A stretch of DNA of 40,914 nt, taken from positions 1-40,914 of the forward strand of contig PSRH01000195.1 in NCBI GenBank assembly GCA_003175915.1, given 5' to 3'. Below are positions 25,476 through 33,972 of this stretch, piece after piece. The notes beneath the pieces are model-generated. The model was not told where the DNA came from. It did not search any database and saw nothing but the letters and a program-made list of their open reading frames with translations. This stretch comes from Candidatus Melainabacteria bacterium (lineage in GTDB: Bacteria; Cyanobacteriota; Vampirovibrionia; Obscuribacterales; Obscuribacteraceae). Each line of letters begins with the position of its first letter. Position 1 is the stretch's first letter. A program made the position numbers and the translations under genes.

Positions 25476-26435
25476 TTAGACCCTTACTGTAGATAGTTTC
25501 TTCATAACGATCACACCTACGACTTCCAGGAATATCGCCACCATGAGCAGTGTCCTGCCCAGATTGGTCTCGATGAGAGGATTGAGATAACCAACACGGA
25601 TCGTGTTCAATGTCAGCGCTAGAACTATGGGCAAAATGCCAACTATGAGAGCCGACAACCGGCTCTGGGCCGTAAGAGTTTTTACTTGACTGGCCAGCTT
25701 CAGCCGTCCTTTTAAGGTTTGATTGGTTTTGTCGATTAGATCGGCCAGGCTACCGCCGACTTCTGCGTGAATGGCGATCGCTCGCCTGATCAGATCGACC
25801 TCGTAAGAGTGGAATTTCACCGCCGTATAACACAAAGCCTGAGCTAACGGTTGGCCAACGTTCATACGCTGCAGGACCTCCTTGAACTCACCACCGCAAG
25901 GTTCCGGCACCTCTTCACCTACCGTCTTGACGGCCTGCGGCACACTGTGCCCGCTGCGCAGGACTGAGGCCATCAAATCGATGGCATTGGGCAGTTGCTC
26001 CACGAATTTCCTTCTTACCTGGCTGGCCTTAAAGAAAAGTACGCCGGCAAGGAGCGCAGCCAGAACCGCACCGGCCAACAAGGCTAGAAAGAAATCGATT
26101 GGCCATAACAGTGTAAGAGCTAGGGGCGCTGCCAAAAGAAGCATTTCAATCAGCCAAAAGGATGGCGAGCGTCCGGGTAAGCCAATCAGTGAGAGCCAGC
26201 GTTCTACTTCTTGATGAAACGCCATGCGCTTGAAGCGTTCTGGTATTGCCAGCATCCCTGCCGTATCCGTCTTAGGCAGTCGCACTAACTCTACTTGGGC
26301 GTTGGCATGATCGGCCCAGGCGAGAAGCCGCTTGGCAGTTAGACGGCGATTCCGCTTGCTGCTTATGTAGCGGGTCAAAAGATAACCGAGACACAGCGAA
26401 ATGAGAGCCATTAGAGTGAGAGCTTCAAGCTTCAT
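25476..26435 (-). CDS. tadB: Tad pilus inner-membrane platform protein TadB (T2SS-F family)
   Basis: QLPNAIDLMASVLRSGHSVPQAVKTVGEE is a T2SS-F motif. ATG 26435 is preceded by GGGAGTGAG and overlaps the cpaF 3' end by 11 nt. GTG 26447 is the alternative start. Confidence 0.8.
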   Translation of the reverse strand: MKLEALTLMALISLCLGYLLTRYISSKRNRRLTAKRLLAWADHANAQVELVRLPKTDTAGMLAIPERFKRMAFHQEVERWLSLIGLPGRSPSFWLIEMLLLAAPLALTLLWPIDFFLALLAGAVLAALLAGVLFFKASQVRRKFVEQLPNAIDLMASVLRSGHSVPQAVKTVGEEVPEPCGGEFKEVLQRMNVGQPLAQALCYTAVKFHSYEVDLIRRAIAIHAEVGGSLADLIDKTNQTLKGRLKLASQVKTLTAQSRLSALIVGILPIVLALTLNTIRVGYLNPLIETNLGRTLLMVAIFLEVVGVIVMKKLSTVRV

Positions 26436-28053
26436 TGACGTTCTCACTCCCTAGAGCGGCCGGGAAAAACAGTCTGTTATCCAGATCAATGCCCGCCTCC
26501 CTGAACTTGTCCTGGACATAGGGCCTGATGCCGCAGGCAAAGTGCTCACCGACGACGTTCCCGGACGAATCGATGTGCGATTGCCTGAACTCAAAGAGTT
26601 CCTGCATACTGATCACGCCTTCCTGTACGCCGGTTATTTCACTGATGCTGACGATGCGCCGCTTGCCATCAGGAAGCCGCTTAATCTGGACAACCAGGTT
26701 GAAGGCTGAACCAATTTGCTCCCGGATGCTTCTTTGGGAAAGCTCGATCCCGGAAAGCAGCACGAGCGTTTCCAACCGGCTGAGGGCGTCTCGGGGCGTA
26801 TTGGCGTGAACAGTGGTGAGCGACCCTTCGTGCCCCGTGTTCATGGCTTGCAGCATGTCCAGTGCTTCACCGCCGCGCACTTCGCCTACCAAGATTCGAT
26901 CCGGTCTCATCCGCAAAGCATTTTTAACCAGCTCTCTCTGGCTAACCAGGCCCTGTCCTTCGACGTTTGCCGTGCGCGATTCAAGGCGAATGACGTGACG
27001 CTGTTGCAGTTTCAATTCAGCCGTATCTTCAATAGTGACGATCCGCTCTGCGTCTGAGATATGGCGAGAGAGTACATTGAGAAGGGTGGTCTTGCCGGCG
27101 GATGTACCGCCAGAGATCAGGATATTCAGCCGGGCTTTGACGGCACAGCGCAAGAACTCAGCCATATCTATAGAAAGCGTGGCTTGCTTGATCAGATCGT
27201 CCAGCTCAAACCCTTGCTTGCGAAAACGCCTGATCGATAATACCGGACCATCGAGGGCCAGGGGAGGAATGATGGCATTGACACGAGAACCATCGGGGAG
27301 CCTGGCATCGACAATCGGAGACGATTCGTCAATGCGGCGGCCAATGCGGGCAACGATTCTGTTGATCACATGTAATAAATGGTCGTCGTCTTTAAAGTGG
27401 ATGTCAGTTTCCACGAGGCGACCATTTCTGTCTACCCAGACGCTATCGCAATTGTTGACGAGGATATCGTTTATCTCTGGATCGGAAAGCAGTGGTTCTA
27501 AAGGACCAAGCCCGAGAGTTTCATAGAGAACATCTCGCGCCAGCTTTTCTCTCTCGGCTGCGGAAATGGGTAAACGATCTTCGTCAAGGAGAACATGGAC
27601 GGCGCGTTCGACAGCACTTTCAAGAGCAACTGTTCCATCCAGTTGCATAAGAGCCCTGACGTCCAGATTGTCGATCAGTCGATTGTGGATTTTCGTTTTG
27701 AGAGCTTGATAGGAACTGGCTTCATTTGAGGAAATCCGACTGCCTGTGCGCTTGCGTTGAAAGCTGCTGACTGCCGCTCCGGTCGTCAGGCGGTTTGAGC
27801 CCTTTGCTGCCCGGGAAGATTTCGCCTCCGTATTTGTTGAAACAACTACACCTGAGTCGCCGTTTTTTTGGTCGGACGACTCCCTCTCAGATGCAGTCTT
27901 CCTACTATCTCTTAACTCCTCTCTACCGGGCCCGGCTTCACTTGTAGCAGCAGTCGATTCTGGAGGGATGCTCTCCTCAAGAACAGCGGCCGGACTCGGC
28001 GAATCCGAACGTTCGGATGGATCAGTGAAGAGCATGCGTCTGAGTTTGGACAT
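26425..28053 (-). CDS. cpaF: Tad pilus secretion ATPase CpaF/TadA with about 130-aa disordered N-terminal extension
   Basis: Walker [13 protein letters not shown], Asp box [10 protein letters not shown], Walker [13 protein letters not shown], His box [12 protein letters not shown]. The N-terminus is S/T/E-rich. Confidence 0.95.
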   Translation of the reverse strand: MSKLRRMLFTDPSERSDSPSPAAVLEESIPPESTAATSEAGPGREELRDSRKTASERESSDQKNGDSGVVVSTNTEAKSSRAAKGSNRLTTGAAVSSFQRKRTGSRISSNEASSYQALKTKIHNRLIDNLDVRALMQLDGTVALESAVERAVHVLLDEDRLPISAAEREKLARDVLYETLGLGPLEPLLSDPEINDILVNNCDSVWVDRNGRLVETDIHFKDDDHLLHVINRIVARIGRRIDESSPIVDARLPDGSRVNAIIPPLALDGPVLSIRRFRKQGFELDDLIKQATLSIDMAEFLRCAVKARLNILISGGTSAGKTTLLNVLSRHISDAERIVTIEDTAELKLQQRHVIRLESRTANVEGQGLVSQRELVKNALRMRPDRILVGEVRGGEALDMLQAMNTGHEGSLTTVHANTPRDALSRLETLVLLSGIELSQRSIREQIGSAFNLVVQIKRLPDGKRRIVSISEITGVQEGVISMQELFEFRQSHIDSSGNVVGEHFACGIRPYVQDKFREAGIDLDNRLFFPAALGSENVNEA

Positions 28054-28080
28054 TTGATTCGTTCCTGCTTGATCGAGAAG

Positions 28081-28995
28081 CTATTGCTGAACAGGAGTTT
28101 TCACTGCCCGAGCGTGATTACGCTCTTTCATTAAGGAGGCCAGCGCCCTCACTGCTTTCGTATACGGATGATTGGGGCGCTCGAGAACCAGTGGCTTGCC
28201 GCTCAGGCAGCATTGTTGCAGCGCTTCATAGGCATTCGGCACGCTCAAAAGGGTCCATCTAGGAAAATTGCCGGACAACTGGCTTTCGACCTCACGCAGC
28301 CGTCCGCCACTCCTGTTGATCACCATTAGAACTTGGGCAGGGTCGTACCCGAGATCTTCAAAGTGGTTAAGCCATCTTCTTGCCGCAGCCACTGAAGTTA
28401 AATCGGGTTCCATTACAAGAATGATTTCCGAACAAAGATCGAGAAGCTCGACCAGGTGTCTGTCAATCTCCTTGGGAAGATCGATCAACCAGAGCGGCGA
28501 AAAGGTGCTGATTTGTGTGAGCAAGTCGGGTAGAGAGCCGCTATCTAGGGCAAAAGCACCATCGCCATCGCTTGGCGGTGTCAGGAAACGCGGCGAATTC
28601 TTCAAGCCTTCCAGGCGGTAAGTGCAGGCCTCAAAGACGTTGGCCTCAATATGATTCCCTTTGCTAAACAAATCTGCAATCGTGTAAACAGGATCATGAG
28701 CCGTGAGGATGGAGAGGGCCGGCTGTTGAAAGTCTGCGTCCACAAGAGTGACCTGGGAAGCGAAGTCGCTCAAAGCCACCGTTAGGTTGAAGGCCAGTGT
28801 ACTGGCACCAACTCCCCCTTTAGCACCGACAATGCCGACGATGGCTGACTGCTCAGCACCATTTTTGGTATCATGCCAGACGTCCGGACTGGTGTTCCCT
28901 GCCACCTTACCGTTAGGCCGGACAAAGAGGTTAAGCAACTTGGAAATCTGAAGGTTGTGCCCCATCGCCGGTGTTCTCGCCCGTGTGTTGAACAT
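28081..28995 (-). CDS. tadZ: ParA/MinD-type ATPase, TadZ/CpaE-like, lacking the N-terminal receiver-like domain
   Basis: Deviant Walker A IVGAKGGVGASTLAFNL. Operon position is between cpaB and cpaF. ATG 28995 lies 4 nt after the cpaB stop. The ORF-track start 29130 would overlap cpaB by 131 nt. Confidence 0.7.
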   Translation of the reverse strand: MFNTRARTPAMGHNLQISKLLNLFVRPNGKVAGNTSPDVWHDTKNGAEQSAIVGIVGAKGGVGASTLAFNLTVALSDFASQVTLVDADFQQPALSILTAHDPVYTIADLFSKGNHIEANVFEACTYRLEGLKNSPRFLTPPSDGDGAFALDSGSLPDLLTQISTFSPLWLIDLPKEIDRHLVELLDLCSEIILVMEPDLTSVAAARRWLNHFEDLGYDPAQVLMVINRSGGRLREVESQLSGNFPRWTLLSVPNAYEALQQCCLSGKPLVLERPNHPYTKAVRALASLMKERNHARAVKTPVQQ

Positions 28996-28999
28996 TGTC

Positions 29000-29950
29000 T
29001 TAGTTAGCGGGCACTGAAACGCTGTCTTTATGGCTGCCCGTGAAGACATCCACGACCCACTGTAGCGGTGCGGGCATAGAAGCCGGTGATTCAATCGGAG
29101 CAGTCGGAACCATATCTGAGGGCGCGGCAACCGCAGCTAAAGACACAGGCGGGAGGTTCAGTCGCTGTTCCTGATCGGCAAAGGCTTTGGCTGGAAGAAG
29201 ATCGGCCTCGGAAACTCCGGGTAGCTTCTCGCAAACCGTTGTCAGTCTATTTCTCAGGGCCAGGTGGATTTTACCAACCTCGCTAGCTTCAGTAAGCATT
29301 TCGCTCTGTTGAGGTGTGACAGCAAAGGTAATGCGGTTTTGCTCACTGTTTCTGAGGACATTGCTGGTCAATGCCTCCCTGGGCACGGACATCAGTACCA
29401 GAACATCCTGAGCGAGCATTTTCGTAAACTTCTTGCCGTTGCGAAGCGAGGTAACTAGAAGATCGACACTGTCGCCGGTATGAATAGAGTGATCCACCAG
29501 AGCATCATCATCGAGCCTGAGGGTTAAGGCACGACGATCAGTTTGAAAATTGGCAGAAAGGCCATCTTTGCCAGGGAAAAGAAGCGATTCGGTAATTGGC
29601 TCTCCCTGATGAATGAAATGCTTACTGACCCGACCTGCCACATCAGATGATTTGGTAAGCATTTCGGGAGTGAAATATGCCCTGGGAATTTCCAAATAGT
29701 GGACACTGGTAAAACCCAAGCGTGTGCCCGGCAAGACGTCTTGCTGGGCGCCGACAATAAAAACTTTCTCCGGAGCTGCCTTAGGCTTGATCAATTGTTT
29801 GACAACCCCGACGGCCAAAAGAGCAAGAATGACCAGTAATAAAAGGCCAGTGGCCTTGCTGGACTTCTTGCGACTGACATTATTCTGCAGCAAGCGGTCT
29901 TGCGTCAGAAGTGGTGTTAAATCCGGTGCGTTAGTACTGACCAAGGGCAA
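29000..29950 (-). CDS. cpaB: Flp pilus assembly protein CpaB/RcpC-like (TM + SAF + beta-clip) with Pro/Ala-rich tail
   Basis: TM helix GLLLLVILALLAVGVV, SAF-like VFIVGAQQDVLPGTRLG...HQGEPITESLL, and C-terminal ITFAVTPQQSEMLTEASEVGKIHLALRN. The TTG start is preceded by GGAG at 4 nt. Confidence 0.8.
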   Translation of the reverse strand: MPLVSTNAPDLTPLLTQDRLLQNNVSRKKSSKATGLLLLVILALLAVGVVKQLIKPKAAPEKVFIVGAQQDVLPGTRLGFTSVHYLEIPRAYFTPEMLTKSSDVAGRVSKHFIHQGEPITESLLFPGKDGLSANFQTDRRALTLRLDDDALVDHSIHTGDSVDLLVTSLRNGKKFTKMLAQDVLVLMSVPREALTSNVLRNSEQNRITFAVTPQQSEMLTEASEVGKIHLALRNRLTTVCEKLPGVSEADLLPAKAFADQEQRLNLPPVSLAAVAAPSDMVPTAPIESPASMPAPLQWVVDVFTGSHKDSVSVPAN

Positions 29951-29981
29951 ATAACTCCAATAACGAGGGATGCCGAGGAAA

Positions 29982-30026
29982 GGGCGCCCCGGCTATCAAG
30001 AAAATTTCTTCTTAGCCAGGGCGCTC
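29982..30026 (-). terminator. Long stem-loop between flp and cpaB (attenuator/partial terminator)
   Basis: GGGCGCCCCGGCTA (29982-29995) pairs with TAGCCAGGGCGCTC (30013-30026): 14 bp with one mismatch and one G-U. The loop AAGAAAATTTCTT can extend the stem. It starts 17 nt after the flp stop and is followed on the minus strand by TTTCCT. Confidence 0.55.
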
Positions 30027-30042
30027 AAACTTTTGTTCTTAA

Positions 30043-30267
30043 TTAGTTAAGCACCCAAGGAGTCTGATTAGCGTTGACGATACGTCCCGTATCAGCAACT
30101 CCGTGTGAACCAGGGCCACCCTGATAGTTAATGCTTTGCTGCATGTTGTTGAAAATATCACCGGAAATGTGACCGAGCTCACCCATTGCCACAAAGCAAA
30201 CAGCCGCCACGCAGCCGATGCCAAGGGCGTATTCAATCATGCTCTGTCCTTTTTTACTGCGCTTCAT
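30043..30267 (-). CDS. flp: Flp/Fap-family type IVb prepilin
   Basis: MKRSKKG|QSMIEYALGIGCVAAVCFVAMG matches the G/xxxxEY processing motif, with E at +5 and Y at +6. Strong SD AAGGAGA lies upstream of ATG 30267. Confidence 0.85.
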   Translation of the reverse strand: MKRSKKGQSMIEYALGIGCVAAVCFVAMGELGHISGDIFNNMQQSINYQGGPGSHGVADTGRIVNANQTPWVLN

Positions 30268-30385
30268 TGGTATCTCCTTCGTTTCTCAATTGCTTAAAGT
30301 GCCTACTAAATATCAACGCCTGATTTGTTGAAAGCCTCTGTCAGCTTTAATCGCCGCCTGTGAATCAATGTCGGATCGAAGCTTG

Positions 30386-30402
30386 TTGCGAATCATTCTC
30401 AG
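30386..30402. promoter_or_regulatory. Operator-like inverted repeat, copy 1 (flp side)
   Basis: TTGCGAATCATTCTCAG is near-identical to the reverse complement of copy 2 (TTGCGAATGTTCGCAG). A related half-site TTGCGATTCT lies on the complement of 30431-30440. Confidence 0.4.
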
Positions 30403-30554
30403 TTACAGCATGAGGAAAGTTACTATTCATAGAATCGCAAGTCAATTAGATGGCCTTCATGTTAAAACCGATTCGATCGCCTAGAACCCTCATTGATGGA
30501 GGGGTCTATCATGCTATTGACGATCAAGCATTATGTCAAATGATACGAAAAGAA

Positions 30555-30570
30555 CTGCGAACATTCGCAA
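30555..30570. promoter_or_regulatory. Operator-like inverted repeat, copy 2 (fur-family side)
   Basis: CTGCGAACATTCGCAA contains the perfect palindrome TGCGAA-CA-TTCGCA. It lies 7 nt upstream of ATG 30577 and 64 nt upstream of ATG 30634. Confidence 0.45.
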
Positions 30571-30576
30571 TTAACT

Positions 30577-31290
30577 ATGCAAAGTTCTGGAGTTATTATT
30601 AGGAATGTCCAATTACCACGATGCCAAGTGAATATGAGTCAATCAGGTGAAACCGCCACTAGTCGCAAGTATGGACGCGCCGGCGATACGCAGCAGGCAA
30701 TCGCTTCGATTGTTCGCGGCTTGCCAAAAGGGACTCACTTGACTGCCCCGGAAGTCTTCGAAAAGGCAAAAGCGATGGGCTTGGACATCAGCCTCTCCAC
30801 GGTCTATCGAACTTTGAATCGACTGAAAGCGGTTGGCAACGTGATCACCGTTTCGGGCGAACGCGGCTTGAGATACGAAACAGCCGAAGAGGGTCCGGAG
30901 CACGATCATCTTATTTGTTTGGGTTGTGGATTGACGATCGAATTTGTCGACGAATTGATTCGCGGCTTCGGCAAGACAGTGGCACAGCGCAAAGGATACG
31001 AGCACAAATCTAGCCGCTTCGACATTCTCGGTTACTGCCGGGATTGCAACGCCAAGGACGAAGCGCACCGCTTCGAAGAAGCATTTCGATCGCTGAGCGT
31101 CGCTCTAGCAAAATTAGAAGAAGCTTCGGGGTTGATTCGCCAAACTCTGGAAAGCGCCAGGTCAGGGAAACAATTGAAGGCAATACGTAGCGGTGAAGCC
31201 TCCGTGGAACAGATCAAAGCAACTCTGGCAGAATGCCAAGCTGCTTTAGCTCTAATTTCTCGAAATACTACTCACCACTCCGTCGGATGA
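30577..31290 (+). CDS. Fur-family metalloregulator with 80-aa C-terminal helical extension
   Basis: Winged-helix LSTVYRTLNRL, EHDHLICLGCG and second CxxC YCRDCN, followed by 80 further residues (AKLEEASGLIRQTLESARSGKQLKAIRSGEASVEQIKATLAECQAAL). The alternative start is ATG 30634. Confidence 0.8.
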   Translation: MQSSGVIIRNVQLPRCQVNMSQSGETATSRKYGRAGDTQQAIASIVRGLPKGTHLTAPEVFEKAKAMGLDISLSTVYRTLNRLKAVGNVITVSGERGLRYETAEEGPEHDHLICLGCGLTIEFVDELIRGFGKTVAQRKGYEHKSSRFDILGYCRDCNAKDEAHRFEEAFRSLSVALAKLEEASGLIRQTLESARSGKQLKAIRSGEASVEQIKATLAECQAALALISRNTTHHSVG

Positions 31291-32310
31291 GACTTCTTGA
31301 TTGAGCTGACTGACCTGCGCGTGCAATCGCCGCTTAGACGCCGCCAGGTCTTGCTCGGAGGCAACAATGATTTCCTCAAGATAATCGTCCGAGACCCGGG
31401 CCAGTCGTCTTATCTGGTCGCGTTTGCTAAGCATTTTGGGAAGCAGCCAGATGGCACCGGCAATACCCTGCAACCAGGGGAGCAGCTGCCCGCCCCGGAT
31501 GATTACCACAGCCAAGTAGAAAGTTTGCCAGTAAATAATCTGCGGTAAAAATCGCCAGAGGAGCTTGGCTGGTATGTTTTTGACAATAGTATTGATGTTG
31601 TTCTGCGAGGACAGGCGTACCACCATCGGACTGTAGCCACTGCCAGTAGTGCCACAGCCGAGATGGTAGACGACAGCAGCGGGCACGTAGTAGCACTTGA
31701 ATCCGGCTCTTTGTGCTCTCAGTCCCATATCAACATCTTCCAGATAGGCAAAATAATCCTCATCGAAGAGACCGATGGCGTCAAACAACTGGCGCCGGTA
31801 CATGGCCGCACCGCCGCAAGCACCAAGGACGTAGCGTGGTTGGTCGAACTGTCCCAGATCCTTCTCCCTGTGCCCGATCCGTCCAGGCAGGCCGCCTCGC
31901 CGGTAGCCGTCACCGGCACCATCCAGAATAGACTTGTCGTCGTAAGCGAGCATTTTGCAAGCCACACTGCCTGCCTCAGGATGTTCGGATAGAGCCCGCA
32001 CTAATTCTGCCAGCCAATCACTGTCTACAATCGTGTCGTTGTTCAAAAGGGCTACCAGGCTGCCGCTTGCTTGTAGAATACCGGCATTGACAGCAACACT
32101 GAAGCCAGTGTTATGGTCAAAGCGAATCAGTTTTACCCATGGATAATTGGTTTTCAGGAAGGCCACCGAACCGTCCACGGAACCGTTATCAATGACGATT
32201 ACTTCCAGCGGCGAATAGGTTTGGGCAGCAAGCGAATTAAGACAACCAGCAAGAAATTTCTTGCCGTTCCAGTTGGGGATCACTATGCTGACGAGGTCCT
32301 GTGCCGACAT
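31252..32310 (-). CDS. Glycosyltransferase, GT-A fold (GT2, rhamnosyltransferase-like)
   Basis: VSIVIPNWNGKKFLAGCLNSL, VIVIDNGSVDGS, YLEDVDMGLRA. ATG 32310 lies behind AGGTGGAG. The 3' end overlaps the fur-family gene by 39 nt. Confidence 0.85.
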   Translation of the reverse strand: MSAQDLVSIVIPNWNGKKFLAGCLNSLAAQTYSPLEVIVIDNGSVDGSVAFLKTNYPWVKLIRFDHNTGFSVAVNAGILQASGSLVALLNNDTIVDSDWLAELVRALSEHPEAGSVACKMLAYDDKSILDGAGDGYRRGGLPGRIGHREKDLGQFDQPRYVLGACGGAAMYRRQLFDAIGLFDEDYFAYLEDVDMGLRAQRAGFKCYYVPAAVVYHLGCGTTGSGYSPMVVRLSSQNNINTIVKNIPAKLLWRFLPQIIYWQTFYLAVVIIRGGQLLPWLQGIAGAIWLLPKMLSKRDQIRRLARVSDDYLEEIIVASEQDLAASKRRLHAQVSQLNQEVSSDGVVSSISRN

Positions 32311-32560
32311 TAACTCCACCTGAACTTTTCATGGAAAGACCAGCCAGTAATTCTAGCTTGTTTGATATGAAACCGCTCCATTTGCTTGGTTCTTCGACGT
32401 ACCTCGGTTTAGGGGTGGCACCCTATTATGTTAGTCTTCCAGGCGCACTTCGCTTAACTTTACGGCAAGGCTAGGCAACACTGAAAAGCATTCAGCCCGC
32501 CTCATTTAAAAAACGGTATAATTCCTGCTTGCCTCATACCTCGCTACAACCCTTAGGCAA

Positions 32561-33922
32561 GTGTCTAATCAAATTAGCCATTCTCATAAGCCGGCACGCA
32601 GAGTATTACTTGTCACTCTGGAACCAATTTCCGACCGCATGGCCGGACCGGCTATACGTTGCCTGGAAATTGGCAAACAATTAAGCAATGAGTTTGAAGT
32701 AACCGTCTTCACCCCTCATCCGACCGACTTGGCGTTCCCTACGCAGGCCAACCAATCAATCAAATTAATTGGCGGCGTCAAGAAACCAGAAATAGAAAGA
32801 CTGGTACGCCAGGCGGAGATCGTCATGATCCAGGCGAATGTGCTTAAGCCCTATCCACAAATTGCCAAACTGGCCGAGCATCTGGTTGTGGACTTGTATG
32901 ACCCTTATCTCTTTACCATCAACGTGCAATACGAAAGCGATCCGGTCACGGCTTCCTCCAGCTTTCGCATGATGCACCAGGTCTTACAAGAACACATGCA
33001 GCAGGCGGACTTCTCGATTTGCGCCTCTGAGCGACAGCGAGATTATTGGATCGGCCGTTTCTGCGCTCTGGGCCGAATCGATCCGGCTATGTTTCATTTC
33101 GATCCTTCGCTGCGCAAGCTCATCGATGTTGTGCCTTTCGGACTACCGGCTCAGTCGCCCAAACGCAACGGTATTTCTCTGAGAGAGCTAATTCCGGAAA
33201 TCGCGGCCAGCGATCTGTTGTTACTTTGGGGTGGTGGCATATGGGATTGGTTCGATCCGCTCACGGTAATCAGAGCTGTGGGTGAATTGTCCGGCACCAT
33301 ATCTAATATCAGGCTTGTATTTATGGGCACCAAAGCTCCCAATCCTCAGGTACCTCTTATGGAGATGACGGTGAGAGCGCAAGAGCTCGCCGAATCTCTT
33401 GGCCTCCTCAATAAACACGTTTTCTTTTTGAAAGATTGGGTGAGTTATGAGAAACGCGCCAATTTCCTTCTGGATGCCGATATTGCCGTTTCGGCGCATT
33501 TTGATTTACCGGAGACGAGATTTTCCTTCCGCACCCGCATGCTTGATTATTTCTGGGCGCATCGGCCAATCATCACCACGCTCGGCGATCATCTCTCTGA
33601 TTTAGTCGAGGAAAACCAGGCGGGAATCACGATTCCCTACCAGGACGTCGAATCCTGGAAGCTGGCGATTGCAAAACTGGCTAACGACCGGGGCTTCAGA
33701 GAAACCTGCCAAGCAGGCGCGACAAAATTAGCTGAGCAGTTTTCCTGGCCGAAAGTGATTGAACCCTTACGTCAGTATTGCCGGACTCCCCACAAATTAC
33801 CGCCATACAAAAAAGTGATCAAGCCTTCCCTCCTTGAAAGGGCGAAAGCCGTCTATTCAAGGGGAGGTAAAGAATTAGTCATTAAGCGATCGAGCGAACT
33901 GTTCAAGGATCTTTTGCCTTGA
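32561..33922 (+). CDS. Glycosyltransferase, GT-B fold (divergent)
   Basis: RVLLVTLEPISDRMAGPAIRCLEIGKQL N-domain start. C-terminal FRTRMLDYFWAHRPIITTLGDHLSDLVEENQAGITIPYQD resembles the GT-B donor half. GTG start. Confidence 0.7.
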   Translation: MSNQISHSHKPARRVLLVTLEPISDRMAGPAIRCLEIGKQLSNEFEVTVFTPHPTDLAFPTQANQSIKLIGGVKKPEIERLVRQAEIVMIQANVLKPYPQIAKLAEHLVVDLYDPYLFTINVQYESDPVTASSSFRMMHQVLQEHMQQADFSICASERQRDYWIGRFCALGRIDPAMFHFDPSLRKLIDVVPFGLPAQSPKRNGISLRELIPEIAASDLLLLWGGGIWDWFDPLTVIRAVGELSGTISNIRLVFMGTKAPNPQVPLMEMTVRAQELAESLGLLNKHVFFLKDWVSYEKRANFLLDADIAVSAHFDLPETRFSFRTRMLDYFWAHRPIITTLGDHLSDLVEENQAGITIPYQDVESWKLAIAKLANDRGFRETCQAGATKLAEQFSWPKVIEPLRQYCRTPHKLPPYKKVIKPSLLERAKAVYSRGGKELVIKRSSELFKDLLP

Positions 33923-33972
33923 GCGATCACTTAAAATTAGGGATCAAGAACCTCCGTTGAAGCCGGTATTAA

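Noticed and set aside
28996-29130. Longer TadZ ORF starting at 29130
   Set aside because: It would overlap cpaB by 131 nt. The added residues (MPRPQIWFRLLRLNHRLLCPHRY...) look like out-of-frame translation of the cpaB 3' end.
30268-30360. Sigma54 promoter upstream of flp (AGGCAC...GCAAT on the minus strand)
   Set aside because: The GG to GC offset is 10 instead of the 12 required by the -24/-12 consensus.
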